A stretch of 63,981 bases of DNA, filler included, from Octopus bimaculoides (Eukaryota): the NCBI RefSeq assembly GCF_001194135.2. It is 5 parts of 5 records of this genome, joined end to end, with 100 filler letters (N's around TTAATTAATTAA, not from the genome) between each part and the next. Parts side by side here need not be neighbours in the genome. Positions count along the whole stretch, not along the records: positions 16,106 to 29,958 come from NC_068989.1; positions 30,059 to 53,033 come from NC_068998.1; 3 more parts are not named here. The stretch is one strand, 5' to 3'. Shown here piece by piece: positions 22,641-37,112 of this stretch. The notes under the pieces are model-generated. The model did not search any database, was not told where the DNA came from, and saw only the letters and a program-made list of their open reading frames with translations. Position 1 is the first letter of the stretch. Every line of letters begins with the position of its first letter. The position numbers and the translations under genes are program-made.

Positions 22641-24943
22641 GTTACTGTTTTGCTCAACGTGTTAAAGATTTTGCCAGTTTGCTGCCTTTGAAAAATAATA
22701 CTATCATTCTGGCGCTCAGCGCTTCAGTTTCAAATCCTGCCGACGTCGACATTTGTCTTTCGGTTACATAAATTACCTGTCAGATATTGTACTGGGGATC
22801 GAAACTTGTCAGCAATTCGCTTCTTTTTTTTCCTTTTTTGAACTCAACTCTGTCAAGCCGTGGAAATGGTCATAGGGAAGCAATCATCGATTCTTTCACA
22901 GAAATGAGTTAATCTTGAGTGAGTGGTTGATAAACTCTTATAGAAATAATATTATGCTACAGGAACCATATCCGTTGACGGATTGATATGCAGGGCATAA
23001 CCGAGAATGAGTCCATCATGTTTGTTTATTTAGATCCCAGTAGTTTTTATTGTTGACACCGCTATATTGAATAATATCATGTGAAAGTATCGAAATCGTG
23101 ATGATATTTAGATTATAACTGATGAAGGGTTGAACATGTCCTTCCTCAATGCATTAACTGCCAAATTGTTCTTTTCATATTTTTTGGCTTTGGCTGGTGT
23201 CTTAAGAGTTAAAATAATATATAGTATTTAAATGGTCTTCATATTAGAATTAGTTTGGAAATTATAATAATTTTTTTCCGAAAAGTCCCAAATAAAAATT
23301 CCCCCGCTGAAATAAAGTATTTTCGTCATTTTCTATCCAACTGCAATAATAAACATTTTAGTATTTTTTTTTTTAACTGTAGTATCAAATGCGAATGTGT
23401 ATGAAATTTCAATGAATGATTTAGCTGGGAAATGCAGAACAGGAAAAAAAAAAGCCGTTTTCAAAACAGTCAATATTTTGTAGTTCAAAAATTGCGATTT
23501 ATGACATAAATTATCCTCTAGAATTAGCCAGAGTTAATAATGGCAAACTTGGATTACGAAATAATATTAAGCATACATCTGCAAATACAGTGTACATAAG
23601 CAATTCACTTTAAATACAACGAACGCACGGTAGTGAGACTGTTTTTAGCAGATCCCCAAATGGGGCTCATGGCAAGCAATGGGTTAAAAGTGTTTTTTCC
23701 TGTGTTTCTGTATGCTCCTTTGTCGTAACTCTCTACCGCATTTCCATTAAGATATAAAGAATATGGATAGCATGCCGAGGTTTCTATTGAAAATATTAGA
23801 AGAAACTCCATTATTTCAATCTCAATAATTCTTCCTATAGAAAATGTATTTTAATAGGGAAGACGTCAATATTCATGTTCCCTAACATAGCTCCCTTGTT
23901 CATATAAGTAACGAACGCATTTTACTGATGTTCTCTCTAGTTCTCTATAGTTTCCTTATTCGATATATAAACCTCTAATGCATTCATCTTTATTTCCAAT
24001 CGGGCAACTTCACAGGAAACACATATTCTTTCGACTAGACGCTAGTATCTTTTTCACATATTTTTTATTCTTATTTTCCTATGAAGAGCAGAGTGGGCAA
24101 GTAGATTCATAAAGAAAAGCCTGAATGAATTAGTTATATGACCAGCTTTATTCTCCTTAGAATATATCTAATAATATCTGCATAATATTCACTTAACTAC
24201 CCATAAGGCCATTAAGTGTAACATAAGCTTATTTTTCACTTTTTTTTTTCTTCTCAGGGTCTTAAAGCTACCGTACGTATGAAGCAGTCAATATAAGAAC
24301 ATATATCTGTATGTTAGTTTGTGTCAATGTGCATTTATGCAGGAATGAATGTGTGTGCGCGTGTGTGAGTGAGTGAATGTGTATGTACATATATATATGT
24401 GGATATAATATATATATATATATACATATATATTCCTATATACCTATGTATGTTTGTATATCTATACAAAAAATACATATCTGTACGTATAAGTGTGTAT
24501 NNNNNNNNNNNNNNNNNNNNNNNNNNNNNNNNNNNNNNNNNNNNNNNNNNNNNNNNNNNNNNNNNNNNNNNNNNNNNNNNNNNNNNNNNNNNNNNNNNNN
24601 NNNNNNNNNNNNNNNNNNNNNNNNNNNNNNNNNNNNNNNNNNNNNNNNNNNNNNNNNNNNNNNNNNNNNNNNNNNNNNNNNNNNNNNNNNNNNNNNNNNN
24701 NNNNNNNNNNNNNNNNNNNNNNNNNNNNNNNNNNNNNNNNNNNNNNNNNNNNNNNNNNNNNNNNNNNNNNNNNNNNNNNNNNNNNNNNNNNNNNNNNNNN
24801 NNNNNNNNNNNNNNNNNNNNNNNNNNNNNNNNNNNNNNNNNNNNNNNNNNNNNNNNNNNNNNNNNNNNNNNNNNNNNNNNNNNNNNNNNNNNNNNNNNNN
24901 NNNNNNNNNNNNNNNNNNNNNNNNNNNNNNNNNNNNNNNNNNN

Positions 24944-24993
<50 letters not shown>

Positions 24994-25816
24994 GTGTATA
25001 TATACATCTGTTTTATATACATATACATGTTTGAGTTTATGTATGTATATTATATGCTATAAGTCAATCTATCTTCATAGATATTCTCTTTGCTCTCCAT
25101 TTCGGCTTCTTCTCATTTTGTGTACAGAATGAGCACTAACGAAGAAATATATTGACAGGAACTTGTTTTACTGAATCTCGGAGGATGGACTTCTTAGTCC
25201 ATTCTCACAAAACGGAATTCACCTTGGAAATGTGTGTGTTTATATGTATGTGCTTCCGTGTGTGTGTGTATGTGTGTGTGTGTGTGTGTTTGTGTGTGAG
25301 TGTGTGTGTGTGTGTGTGCGCGTGCGTGCGTGCGTGTGTGTGTGTGTGTGTGTGTGTTTGTGTGTGTGTGTGCAGTTCAAATTTATAGAAAAACAAAAGT
25401 CGAAGATAGGTGTAGGAACAACAAGCAAGTGTGTCAAGTTGACGCTCGGGAAAAATGGAAAAGTCTTTTACGTTTCGTGCCTACACGCTTTCAAAGAAAA
25501 GAATAAGAGAAAATAAACAAAGAGAGAATGAAAAAAACGTTTTGAGTTCGTGATTCACATTGTTGCTACTATTGTTGTTGCTGTTCAGCCACTCGTCATC
25601 CATGATTGAATAAATATATGAAAAAGCAGTATTCCAGCCAGGACCAAATAGTGTTTTCAGCTGTCTGTGCAGATGGACCACATCTAACGAGTTCTTATGA
25701 TACTTATAGCAACATTGAGTGATCTAAAGAAATGTTTGCAGGAGTGGCTGCGCGGTAAGAATATTCCGGGTTCAGTCTTCTCAGTGGCTTTGGTAGACAG
25801 AAACTTAAAGGAGCCT

Positions 25817-25851
<35 letters not shown>

Positions 25852-26112
25852 CGCGGCAGGAGGTGCAAATGAGGGTTACTAAATCAAACTCCATTCTTCA
25901 CCAAGTGCCACAAATTGTAAGAGGCTCCCTGTAATAACAGTGTAGCAACGCGGCGGTGCATCGGCGTGGCCGCAGCTCTAAGCTGAAACTATAATATATC
26001 TGTGAAAATAAAAGCATAAAAGAATGTTTAACATCGAAACGCAATATCGCTTCGTAAGAACATATTAACGAGGACGAAAATAGGAAACGAATGTATAAAT
26101 ATATGTATTTAT

Positions 26113-26831
26113 ATTTATTTTTGCTTATTTCAGTGATTTGATTGCAGCTATGCTGGAGCAGCGCTTTTAGTTGAACAAATCGACCCCAGGACTTATTTTC
26201 TGTAAGACTAGTAATTATCTTATCGGTCTCTTATTGTCGAACCGCAAGATGGGGACGTAAACACACCAACCTCAATTGTAAAGCGATGGTGAGGGGACAA
26301 ACACCGACACAAATTAGAAATACATATATTATATATANNNNNNNNNNNNNNNNNNNNNNNNNNNNNNNNNNNNNNNNNNNNNNNNNNNNNNNNNNNNNNN
26401 NNNNNNNNNNNNNNNNNNNNNNNNNNNNNNNNNNNNNNNNNNNNNNNNNNNNNNNNNNNNNNNNNNNNNNNNNNNNNNNNNNNNNNNNNNNNNNNNNNNN
26501 NNNNNNNNNNNNNNNNNNNNNNNNNNNNNNNNNNNNNNNNNNNNNNNNNNNNNNNNNNNNNNNNNNNNNNNNNNNNNNNNNNNNNNNNNNNNNNNNNNNN
26601 NNNNNNNNNNNNNNNNNNNNNNNNNNNNNNNNNNNNNNNNNNNNNNNNNTATATATATACATATATACGACGGGCTTCTTTCAGTTTCCGTCTACCAAAT
26701 CCACTCACAAGGCTTTGGTCGGCCCGAGGCTACAGTAGAAGACACTTGCTCAAGGTGCCACGCAGTGGGACTGAACCCGGAACCATGTGGTTGGTAAGCA
26801 AGCTACTTACCACACAGCCACTCCTACGCCT
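26113..26831 (-). mobile_element. tRNA-headed SINE spanning an assembly gap
   Basis: Head at 26660-26831 is nearly identical to the reverse complement of 15757-15930; tail at 26113-26310. Confidence 0.88.
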
Positions 26832-27742
26832 ATATAAATTTATAAACAAACACATTTCCAAATATGCATTTTAAATTCTCTTGATTTTTAATGGAGTCAC
26901 AAGATACGCCACTGGATTCATCAAAGACTTGCTCTTGTCATACATACAATTGAATGATGACATAAATGTATGCATCGAGTACTGTGTTAATGCGATGATA
27001 GTGCTGCAATCCTTCTGACACCATAGGCTTTGTTTTTCTCTAGGCCAACCAAGGAAACCCCAAAATCGCGAGTTCTCCTGCTCACCAAGAGGCCAGTGTT
27101 GCTCTCTCCTCTGTGGTTTTCATCCTACACGCGCATGGTGCGTGTAGGACGCTTTGCTTGTGCCATTCTCGCTACATTCACTCAGTTTCTGACAAATTTC
27201 CTGCAGTTTGGGGATACATCCCCCCACTCAACCCTGATTTTCCTTTCCAAGTTGAAGTTGAAAACTTTGATATGTCCATAATAATAAATAGTTTTTCATC
27301 AGTCTCCAACCAGAGCCTAAACGACAATAACATCGACCACTTTCTCATATAAATATAATGAAAACATTGTTTGTTTCTCTGTTCCAAATTTTTTATTCTT
27401 TTATAAATACATTCTTATTCCAGCATACATTTAACTAAACTTTCCTTCTTCTATTCTTTCGTTTACCCCGCTTTCTTTTTGTCCCATTTATTCTTCCTTT
27501 CTATTATCTTCTATATTTCCTCTTATTTTATTGTTTCAATATTTATTTTTACTGGTATTTATTGTTTCTTAACCACAATTTCTTCCCTGTATTCTTCTGA
27601 TGGTTTCCGGTTCGTTTCATTTGGAAAATGCTTTTTATTTCATCTTACTGTATATTATTTTCATTGTTTCTATCCACCTGCCTGTCTATCTACCTATCTC
27701 TCCCTCCCTTCCTCTTTCTCCCTCTCTCCCTCTGTATGTGTC

Positions 27743-27794
<52 letters not shown>

Positions 27795-27899
27795 TACATA
27801 TACATATATATATATACATACATATATACATTCGAACATACTTGTGTATGTATGTTTTGAAGAGTTATATTATCAAAGTCTACAAACACACTCACAATT

Positions 27900-28620
27900 G
27901 TTTGTATTTTTTCCGTCCTTTTTTCTTTTCTTTGTTCCTTCTAAAAGTTTTTCGTCGCATCCCCTCTGTGGTTTTTTCAACGGGTATAAATTTTCCAGAT
28001 GATGAATTAGATTTTCTGACTGAATTTTTTTCTTACCTTTCTTTCCTTCCTTCTATGATAACCGTGTAAACTGATGACAATTGTCTATTCTTAGTTTGCT
28101 TTATTTTATTGTGCCTGCTTTTTTTTTTATGTCAATATGTGATCATGTTTGTATGCACATGTGTATGCATGGTGATTGCCCCCTTTGGGTTTAGCCTCAT
28201 TGTATCCGTATTCTGTTTAAGGTAATGTTTTTCAACATTCGGTTTTACTATTGAATGTGGGTAGGTCCAAAACATGTTTCCTTTTTTGTACAGACTTCAT
28301 AATATGTCTTAACTTTAGGATTTTAGGTAATGACGCACAACTTTTACTTCAGGATTTTTAACGAACCATTGTATTTATGTGACGCATGTTCCTTCTTTCC
28401 ATCTTATTCACTCCACTGCCTGCAATGCTTTATCTTAAACTGCGAGCAGTTTCTCCTATAAATGTTGTGGATGTATCCCTAAATCGCTTTTCCATGTGTC
28501 CATTTTCCTAGTTTTGCAGTTTATCTCTGGATTGGTTGAGCATACTCTACAGTTATCAGTGCAGAATATTTTCTTAAATGGATGTCTTACATAATAGCGA
28601 CTTAATAGATCAGCTTGTTT
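27900..28620 (-). mobile_element. Penelope-like GIY-YIG endonuclease remnant
   Basis: Minus-strand FIGETARSLR near 28440-28470 resembles the YIGETxRxL motif. Heavily decayed. Confidence 0.5.
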
Positions 28621-29174
28621 TCTATGTTTTATCATAACTACGTTGATTTCTATGTCTATTTCGTATGGATCTTTTCTAATTTTACTGGCTAGTTCAGCTT
28701 TGTGTGCAGCATCGATGAAAATTGTGGTCTGCTTCTTTATTTTTTTGAGTACCAGAAATTTTTCCTGTTCAGCTTTTTACATTTTCTTTCCGATTTGTTC
28801 CAGAAATTGTTCCGGTACATGAGGTCACTCTATCTGTATCATTTTTTAATATAGTTTCATACTTTTTTTCAGCTCCTCTGTATACCTCTTAATTTGGTCT
28901 AGTTGTTTGTATTCGAAGATCTGCATGCGCTGGATAACATTAAGCACGTGCTTTCTCAGGCCTCGTGATGAACGCGCACAATATTCATTTCTCACCACTC
29001 TTATTAGATATGCTAATAAAACGCTTATTTCTGCATTTATCGAGATCGTAAAATTCTGTAGTACCTAGTGTTAGGTGGCTATAAGTTTCACATAATTCGT
29101 GTAGACTATTTATAATCTCTAGCTACACTTCCATATCTAAAATAGGTAGTCTTTTGCTGGGCGTTTGATGACTT

Positions 29175-29205
<31 letters not shown>

Positions 29206-29671
29206 ACTCACCTCACACAAAAACACATTCACACACACACACGTGTTCTTATGCTGTCAACAAATGATGCAGAATAAAATAACATACGAATAAATAAAGA
29301 TGCCATTAGTTCACACTCATGCACTTGAGTAATACACACAAAATCTGATTCAATCTAAAGCCGTTGTCGATGTCACAGAGGTCACGTGATGAAAGGTTTC
29401 CGGGAGAAAAGACAATACAAAGAATGGTGAGAAACATACTCTAGTGACTATGTTTATAGGTTTTAATGATATGATTTCCAAAATATAACAAAATCGGTGT
29501 CAACAAACGCTTTCAGATGGAAACTGTTTACATAACAAATTCATAAACAAGATATACACAGATACCTGAAAAGCAAATAAACACCCACGTCTTATTTCTT
29601 TTATTTCTCCTTTCATTTCAGATTTGTTTTTCTTTTCTTCTTTGGATATTTGTTGGCCGAAGAAGAGGTCT

Positions 29672-29704
<33 letters not shown>

Positions 29705-29705
29705 G

Positions 29706-29769
<64 letters not shown>

Positions 29770-29950
29770 GGATAGATAGATGGATAGATAGATAGATAGA
29801 TAGATAGGTTTCTTTATTAGCCACACTGGGCTCAACACAGAGGGGACAAAATACAAATGTAGAGTTTTTCTTTTCGAGGGGGTCGAAAACAAAGCAGAAA
29901 AAAAACAAAAGTGGGGACAACGATGAAAAAAAACATCGCAAAACGTTTGG
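29672..29950 (-). mobile_element. Retroposon 3' end with AATAAA and (CTAT)n tail
   Basis: Minus strand TTGTCCCCTCTGTGTTGAGCCCAGTGTGGCTAATAAAGAAAC then (CTAT)n. The same 3' segment ends the SINE copy at 60604-60830. Confidence 0.6.
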
Positions 29951-30058
29951 GGTATTTANNNNNNNNNNNNNNNNNNNNNNNNNNNNNNNNNNNNNNNNNN
30001 NNTTAATTAATTAANNNNNNNNNNNNNNNNNNNNNNNNNNNNNNNNNNNNNNNNNNNN

Positions 30059-30101
<43 letters not shown>

Positions 30102-30169
30102 CACACACACACACATATTACATATTTGTATATATACACACATATACATATTTACATATGTACATAATA

Positions 30170-33100
30170 CATACATATAACTAAAATACTCAAGCTGAAG
30201 AGGGGTAGGACTAACCTCTCACCACTCATAGCAAGCATCTCAAAAGCCTCTGACAACCAAGTTCAACTCCTGTCCTTCACATGCAACTAAGCCTTCTATC
30301 CACTAGAATTGTTGTGCTAACAGGAAAAAGGGTAAATGCTGGTACTGGCATTTTAAAGCAGTGTTTTGGGTAGACAGAACTTGTTACACTGGGAAAGCAG
30401 TTCATCTAGGAAAGGACAAGCTCTGGCTTCAAGCCTTTACAGCTTTACAGCTATACCCACCCATAAGAAAGGATTCAGAAATAAAACATTAGGAAAAATC
30501 TAGAGCTGGAATCCCTAAAGCAGTCCAACATTGTTTACAACATTATTCTGGCAACTTCTGCAACACAACTGGTGTTAAGTAGTACTAGCTATTGCCCTTC
30601 TACAAGAATGCCATGGAGAGAAGACCTGCCACATGGACAAATGCTGGTCTCCCATAATAAAGCTACCCAGACCTGTGCCCCAGAGAAGACACTCTAGCAT
30701 CAGTTCAGAAAGCAACAGTCTACTTGTTATAAGCCAGCACTAAAAGGAGTTAGGTCTCAGAGGCAAAGGAAAGAAAGAGTACCTTGAGCCACTGGACATC
30801 TATAGTTCACCTCAAGTAGGGCAGATTCCAGCAAGTTAGGTGCTGTTGCAGCATAGTATGCCTGCCTTACTAGGTGTGTAAGGCTTAAGAACACAAATAA
30901 TCTGAATTACAAGTGGTATATATTGTGCCAGGCACAACAAAAAGGCAAAAAAATCCAGCACTCTGGTTCAAATATATATCCTATAACCACTGGACTATCA
31001 GATAACATCTTGAAGATCAGTGTAAGACAAAAGATGGGTATGATTAACAATAAACTGATAAGATTTCAAGTGGACATTGCAACATTACATGAAATATGCC
31101 TTGCAGAATCAAGAACTCTGTGTGGAATAGAATATATATTTTCCTGCAGAGAAAGCATGGTGTTGGCTCACCTGTGAAGAGCTCATTGCTGAAGATGGTG
31201 AAACCTAGCAAGAGGACAAAAAATCTCACTTCAAATACATACATCAGATGGGCCTGTCAACGTTGTCAGTGTCTGTACTCCAATTCTCCACTCTACACAA
31301 GATATTAATGAGGTTATTCAAGAGACCCCACACTCTTTGGCAACTTCAACACCAGAGTGGATGCCTACTAATACTCCTGGCCAAGCTGACTGGGACAACA
31401 TAGTTTGTAGCATAAGGGACAATGAGCAAGCAATACTTAAGCTTTGCACACTCCATGAACTGTGTGTCACCAACACTTACATGCAAAAAAATCCAACACT
31501 ATCTTGGAGATATCGTTACTCCAAACACTGGCACCAGCTAGACTTGATAGTGACAAGACACTATCACTTGAGAAATGTTTATGACTCAATCCTTCTAGAG
31601 TGCCAACTACAACAGGGATCATTCTTTGGTTTGTTGCAACATTAGACTACAAAAAGGAACATGCTCTATATGAAACATACTCAGCAAGCAATGCATTGAG
31701 GCCACTATAATGTAAGACTCAAGACAAAGCAGCAGAGTCCATCAGGTTACTAGAAGATGCCTTTCCTGCAGACCCACCAGATAGAAATACACAGATAAGA
31801 TGGAATTCTCTTGAGGATCCTGTTCACAGTACTACAGGCAATGCCTTTGATAAAAAATAAAGCATGACACAGTATTGGTTTCAAGCAAATCCAAAGAAAC
31901 TCATCAACAAAAAGTATGCTACACTATTAAAACAGAAGCTATCCCACACAGACAACCTTAAAAGCACTAAGAACAGCAAGGTGCAAGACCCAGAAAACAA
32001 CTATATGCTACATTTATAACTATTTGCTAGAGTTACACAAAGATATTCAATCATGATCTAACAAGGTGAGATTTGTAGAGTGTATGGGAGGATAAAGAAA
32101 ACTTTTAACCCAACCATGAACAAGACACATGAATCACTGAAAACTCTAAATGGAAAGACGACTAGAACATTACTTCAAACTTTATTCCACAGAAAACACC
32201 ACTTTGGCATTAGATGCCAAAAGATGTCTGCTACTATGGAGGAACAAGATGCAATGCTGACTGCTGAAGATCTGAGCAATTCCATTGATAGTCTTCCCAC
32301 TGCACTCCCACACAAACTAATATGACTGTGCTAGAAAGAAGGAACAGAACTACAGGATATAAGAGACAGTATTGTTGCTCTGTATAATAACAAAAGGGAT
32401 AGAAACAATTGCAACAACTACAGGTGAATCTCTTTGCTGAGCATTGTTAAGAAAGATTTTGTTCATGTGGCCCTAAACAGGTGGCAGAAAATTGCTGAAA
32501 GGGTATACCCTGAGACTCTGTGTGGCTCCAGGTCAGAATACTCCATAACTGACATGTTCTTCTTTCAAACACTACAAGTAAAATTTTAAGAGCGAAAACA
32601 ACTGCCCTATATCACTTCCCTCATGAAGGTCTTCATCTTTGTGAGTAGAGATAGCCAGTTTGAAATTCTTGCCAAGACTGGGTGTCCTCCAAGGTTATTC
32701 TGAATTGTAGTCATTCCACTTATACATGAAAGACATAATTCAGTTTGATGGCTCTTCTTAGCATCCAAAAGGAGTGAAACATGGTTGTGTGCTTGCTCCC
32801 ACCCTGCCTGGCATCTTGTTTCCTATCATGCTGAAGCACACCTTTAAAACATCAACTGACAGTATTTATGTTCACACAAGATCAAATGGAAAAATGGTCT
32901 GTCTGTTCTAACTGAGGAAGAAAATCAAAATACTCATTAGAAACATGCTGTTTGCAGATGATGTAGCACTAGCAACACACTTGGAGGAGAAACTGCATGC
33001 CTTATTGACAGGCTCTGAAAAGCCTGTCATAACTTTAGCTTGACTTTCAGTCTAAAGATGATGAAACTGTTAAGCTAAGGTGTTGAACACCTCCCTACCA

Positions 33101-33800
33101 TTACCATCAACTGTGAACTGGAAATTGTCCACATGTTAACATACCTTGGTTCTACCATTATGGACAACATTTCTCAAGCATTTTGGATCAACAGGCATAC
33201 TGGAAGAGCAGCTTCAACACTAGTTACATTGACAATGAGAGTCTATAACAATAAATGGTATACACAAAGGTTGCAGTTTACAGAGATTATGCCCTCACCA
33301 TATGGCTTTATGGCAGTGAAACCTGGAACATCTACTCCAGACACGAGTGCAATACCTCCCAAGCTACACAACCTGAGATGGATTCTGGACATCAAATCAA
33401 CAACAATGATGTTTTAGCTTGTGTACCGATGCCCAGTCTTCTCACTCTAATGCAACACCATCTGCTGACTGAGCCACATATACCACATGAAAGGAACCTG
33501 CATGGAATCTGCAATCTGCTGCATGGAAAACTGGCCTCTGGTAACAGAACAAATATTTCTTTCTAAAGTGTCTACAAGAGAAACATATTTCTTCACATAA
33601 ACATTAAAACATGAGAAGACACTGCAGATGATCACTCCTACTGAAAAGTGGAATTAGGTAACAGTTTAAAAAGACAAGTGAGGTTGCGTCTTGTGGATAA
33701 TAAAAACCTCAAATTGATAGAAAAACAGCACCAGGACAGACAGCACAAAGAGGCTGAGTCATTACAGCTAGGAGTCACTCAAATGTGGGTGCTATTTTGA
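30170..33800 (+). mobile_element. Full-length but heavily decayed RTE-clade LINE (family distinct from 44317-48189)
   Basis: 5' UTR about 30170-30900. APE-like fragments (VDIATLHEICLAESRTL, ELCVTNTY..WRYRYSKHWHQLDLIV). RT fragments (NYR.ISLLSIV, RVYPETLCG, GVKHGCVLAP, MLFADDVAL, LTYLGSTI, LYGSETW). Many stops and frameshifts. Confidence 0.85.
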
Positions 33801-34597
33801 CCCACATGTGAGTGACAGTCCTAGCAGAAGTGGGTGTAAAAGCCTCAAAATCCTGCTGAGAAACTTCTAGTTGTCTGACAGGTACCGACTGGATTTCCCT
33901 GATGTGCCAGTATAACATGGAGTAACCACAATGGGTCATCCAGATTGTATCTAGAGTGTTTATTAGCTCAGAGGATAGCGATAGCATAGGTTGTCCATAA
34001 TTCAAATTAGTAACTACATAGACAACACATTTGTGATCTGCACAGTCAATTTAGATAGGACCCATAGGCAGGAGCCCAGTTACTGGAAGTTGAACATGTT
34101 CTTTCTGAGAGGCAAAGACTACAAGGACTAGATAAGCAAATTAGTTAAGTGATAGTTAATGGGAGCAATTGTCAACAACCAATGGTGAATTGCCCTGAAG
34201 TGAGCAGTTAGAGTAAAATTGAAAGTGTCTATAAAAGAGCTTAGCTATAGAAAGAAATAGATTAGAGGGAGAACTACTTGGCAAACTAGAAGAGGTGATT
34301 AGTAAAAGCATTGCAGCCAATGTGCTGGTAGTGAGAATGGCCCCTGACCATTTCTTTGAGGTGAAACATGAAGGCTGTGCCATCAGAGCTAAGGCCCATG
34401 CACTCAAAATATGACCCACATGAGTGAATGTCCTAGCTGCTATGACGCCAAAGAGTGAAGCACAATTTTTCAAACACAGATCCATGGACTAGAAAGACAA
34501 TTGAATACCTCTATGCATACTTGTGTATGGACATGCATGTGTGTAGATGTGTGTGTGTATGCATATTTATGTATACATACACATGTCTGTGCATTTG

Positions 34598-34656
<59 letters not shown>

Positions 34657-34779
34657 TTTTTAGTCATGTGTTAATGTCATGAGATACATAAAATAGCACG
34701 GGGGATTCCTGTGTTCATGCCATCAAAAGATTACTTCATGAAAGATCTTAGTTCCCATGTGACTGGACTATGAATTAAA

Positions 34780-35080
34780 ATTGATTCAACTGCATTTCTG
34801 AAGAAACATATTTTAGTTTTTCATGAAGGATTAGAGTTCCATATCTTATATATCACAGAGACAATACAAAAGCACAGGCTGAGATTTATTGGTCCCTGCT
34901 GCTAAATTAGTAGTTGAAGTCCTTCTGTGATAACCTCCTAGTAAACAGGGAAGAAGTAGCCCAGCAAAAAACTACACAAACAATTGCTAGTAGACACTTC
35001 ATGCACTATTCAGGAGCTGAAAAGTGCCATGAATGACAGAGAGGAATGGAAGACATGTCAAAAATGCAAGAAATTCTCAA
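34780..35080 (+). mobile_element. RTE-like LINE 3' fragment
   Basis: Reads TIQKHRLRFIG...QELKSAMNDREEWK. Confidence 0.55.
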
Positions 35081-35169
35081 TCCACATTAAAGAACAACTA
35101 TTTGTCCACTTCACAGGACCCATTCCATAACTGTACAGTTATTATATATTGATAATTATATTAGTGCTG

Positions 35170-35800
35170 TCACCCTCACAAGACAACAGCTCAATAAGTT
35201 TATCTACTTTAACTCTTTTCACGCTACTTTGGAATTTACCTCTACCATATCTGATTCCACAATTTATTTGATATCGTCATCACTATCCACCTGTTCACCC
35301 ACATTTATTTCAACCCTGCTGACTCCTACTTCTACTACTCTTCCTTTCACCCCAATACACTAAACCTGCCATACCATTCTCTCAATTCCTTCAACTTTGT
35401 CAAGTCTGAAGCATTGGTTCTGATTTCAAATCCCTCCGTGAGAAAATGTGACATCACTTCCTAAATTGAGGGTACCTTCAATCGTCTGTAGATCAGGCCC
35501 AGTCTCTTAATTATACCACTAGTCTCCTACCATCTTTGCACATACCTACAGACCAGATTCCACTCTCTTTGGTCTATTACCCATTCATCCTTCTAGTAAA
35601 ACACTAAATCCTCTGCAACTTTTGAGTCCTACTTTCTGACACCACAACCACTCAGGTTTTTCTAATGCCACCCATCCTTAACACCAAAAGTACAGAAACT
35701 TCAGCAACCTCTATAGTTAGAAGTTCTAAAGCACCCAACTACACGCAACCAGGTACTTTTAAGTGCATTCATCAATGATGAATAACTGGCTCTTCATTAA
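35170..35800 (+). mobile_element. Penelope-like RT C-terminal fragment
   Basis: Frameshifted FNSFHATLEFT..DS..YSSFHP..IPFSQFLQL..DSDF motif series. Confidence 0.55.
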
Positions 35801-36072
35801 CAACACTACAGACATTGCTGGACCTTAGGCACAATACTATATAACCCTAAAACCTCTGTTGCGGATCTTCCAACCTCGTATATTACATCATCTGCAATCT
35901 TTATATTGGGAAAACAGGCTATCATATTGTCATCTCTTTTAGGAGTACATTCAAAACACACTACTATGTACACCAGGCTAACCTGATACCAACACTTCAA
36001 CACAACAGGCCATTCCATTATCCACTTGTCCAACCCATTCCAGCATGAAAAGCAGACATTAGATGATGGTGG

Positions 36073-36108
<36 letters not shown>

Positions 36109-36929
36109 GTGTATGGCATTTTTAATGCTCCCTGTTCGAAATTGGAATCATGTCACTGATGGGTTTAATGAACACTTTTTGTTCTAATCCAATGCTTTCT
36201 CTTAGTTCAGTAATACTGTTCCTATCATCCAGTTCCACTCTTACCTCAAATTTTCCTCCACCTAACCCTTACCCAGTTCTATGCCTTTTCTTTCTCTTTC
36301 CTTCTCATCAAGATTTTTTTTTTCTCCCACTACTTCTTGTCAACATATCAAAGCTCACATCATCTCATGTTCTTCATCAGTTGCAGCCAGTTTCTCAAGC
36401 ATAATGGAAGTAAACTTTTGCTGTCTTTCTTTTATTTTCTTTCCCGTTATCTTTACCATCAAGAAAGACTCTGTTCAAAACATTGGATATTCCACTCCCC
36501 GTGGGAATTTCACACTACACTTTCTAAAATTTTTTCCATGTATGTGTGTGTATGCACATGTGTCTGTATACATATATATTACAAATAATTACATCATAGA
36601 AATGTCATGGTAGCCACTTAAAGTACAAGTATACTGTACAGTTACATTCACTGTTGTAGTATTTGTTGACACAATTTCACTGGAAATCATGTAGAGTAAA
36701 TGATATTATGTAATTGATAATATCCAAATATAATCTGAGATCAAAACACTTCCTGAGCATGTGCAACTCCAAATACACACATAAACATACATTCAAACAC
36801 CCACTCACCCCTTCCCAACACACATATTCATTTAAGTTAACATAAAATTGAGAAACTGGTATAGCACCTTTGGGTTTCATCAACTTCAAGCTAATATATA
36901 AGCACTTCATTTGTTTCTATATAAATACT

Positions 36930-37112
36930 AATCTCAAATTTTGGCACAAGGCCAGCAATTTCGAGGGAAGTGGAGTAAGGTGATTACATTGACCCTAGTG
37001 TTCTACTGGTACTTATTTTATTGACCCCAAAAGGATGAAAGGCAAAGTTGACCCAGAACATAAAGATGGATGAAATGCCCCTAGGCATTTTGCCCAGCAT
37101 GCTAACAATCCT
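36930..37112 (-). mobile_element. tRNA-headed SINE (second family)
   Basis: GACCCCAAAAGGATGAAAGGCAAAGTTGACC core, matching 60418-60830. Confidence 0.75.
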
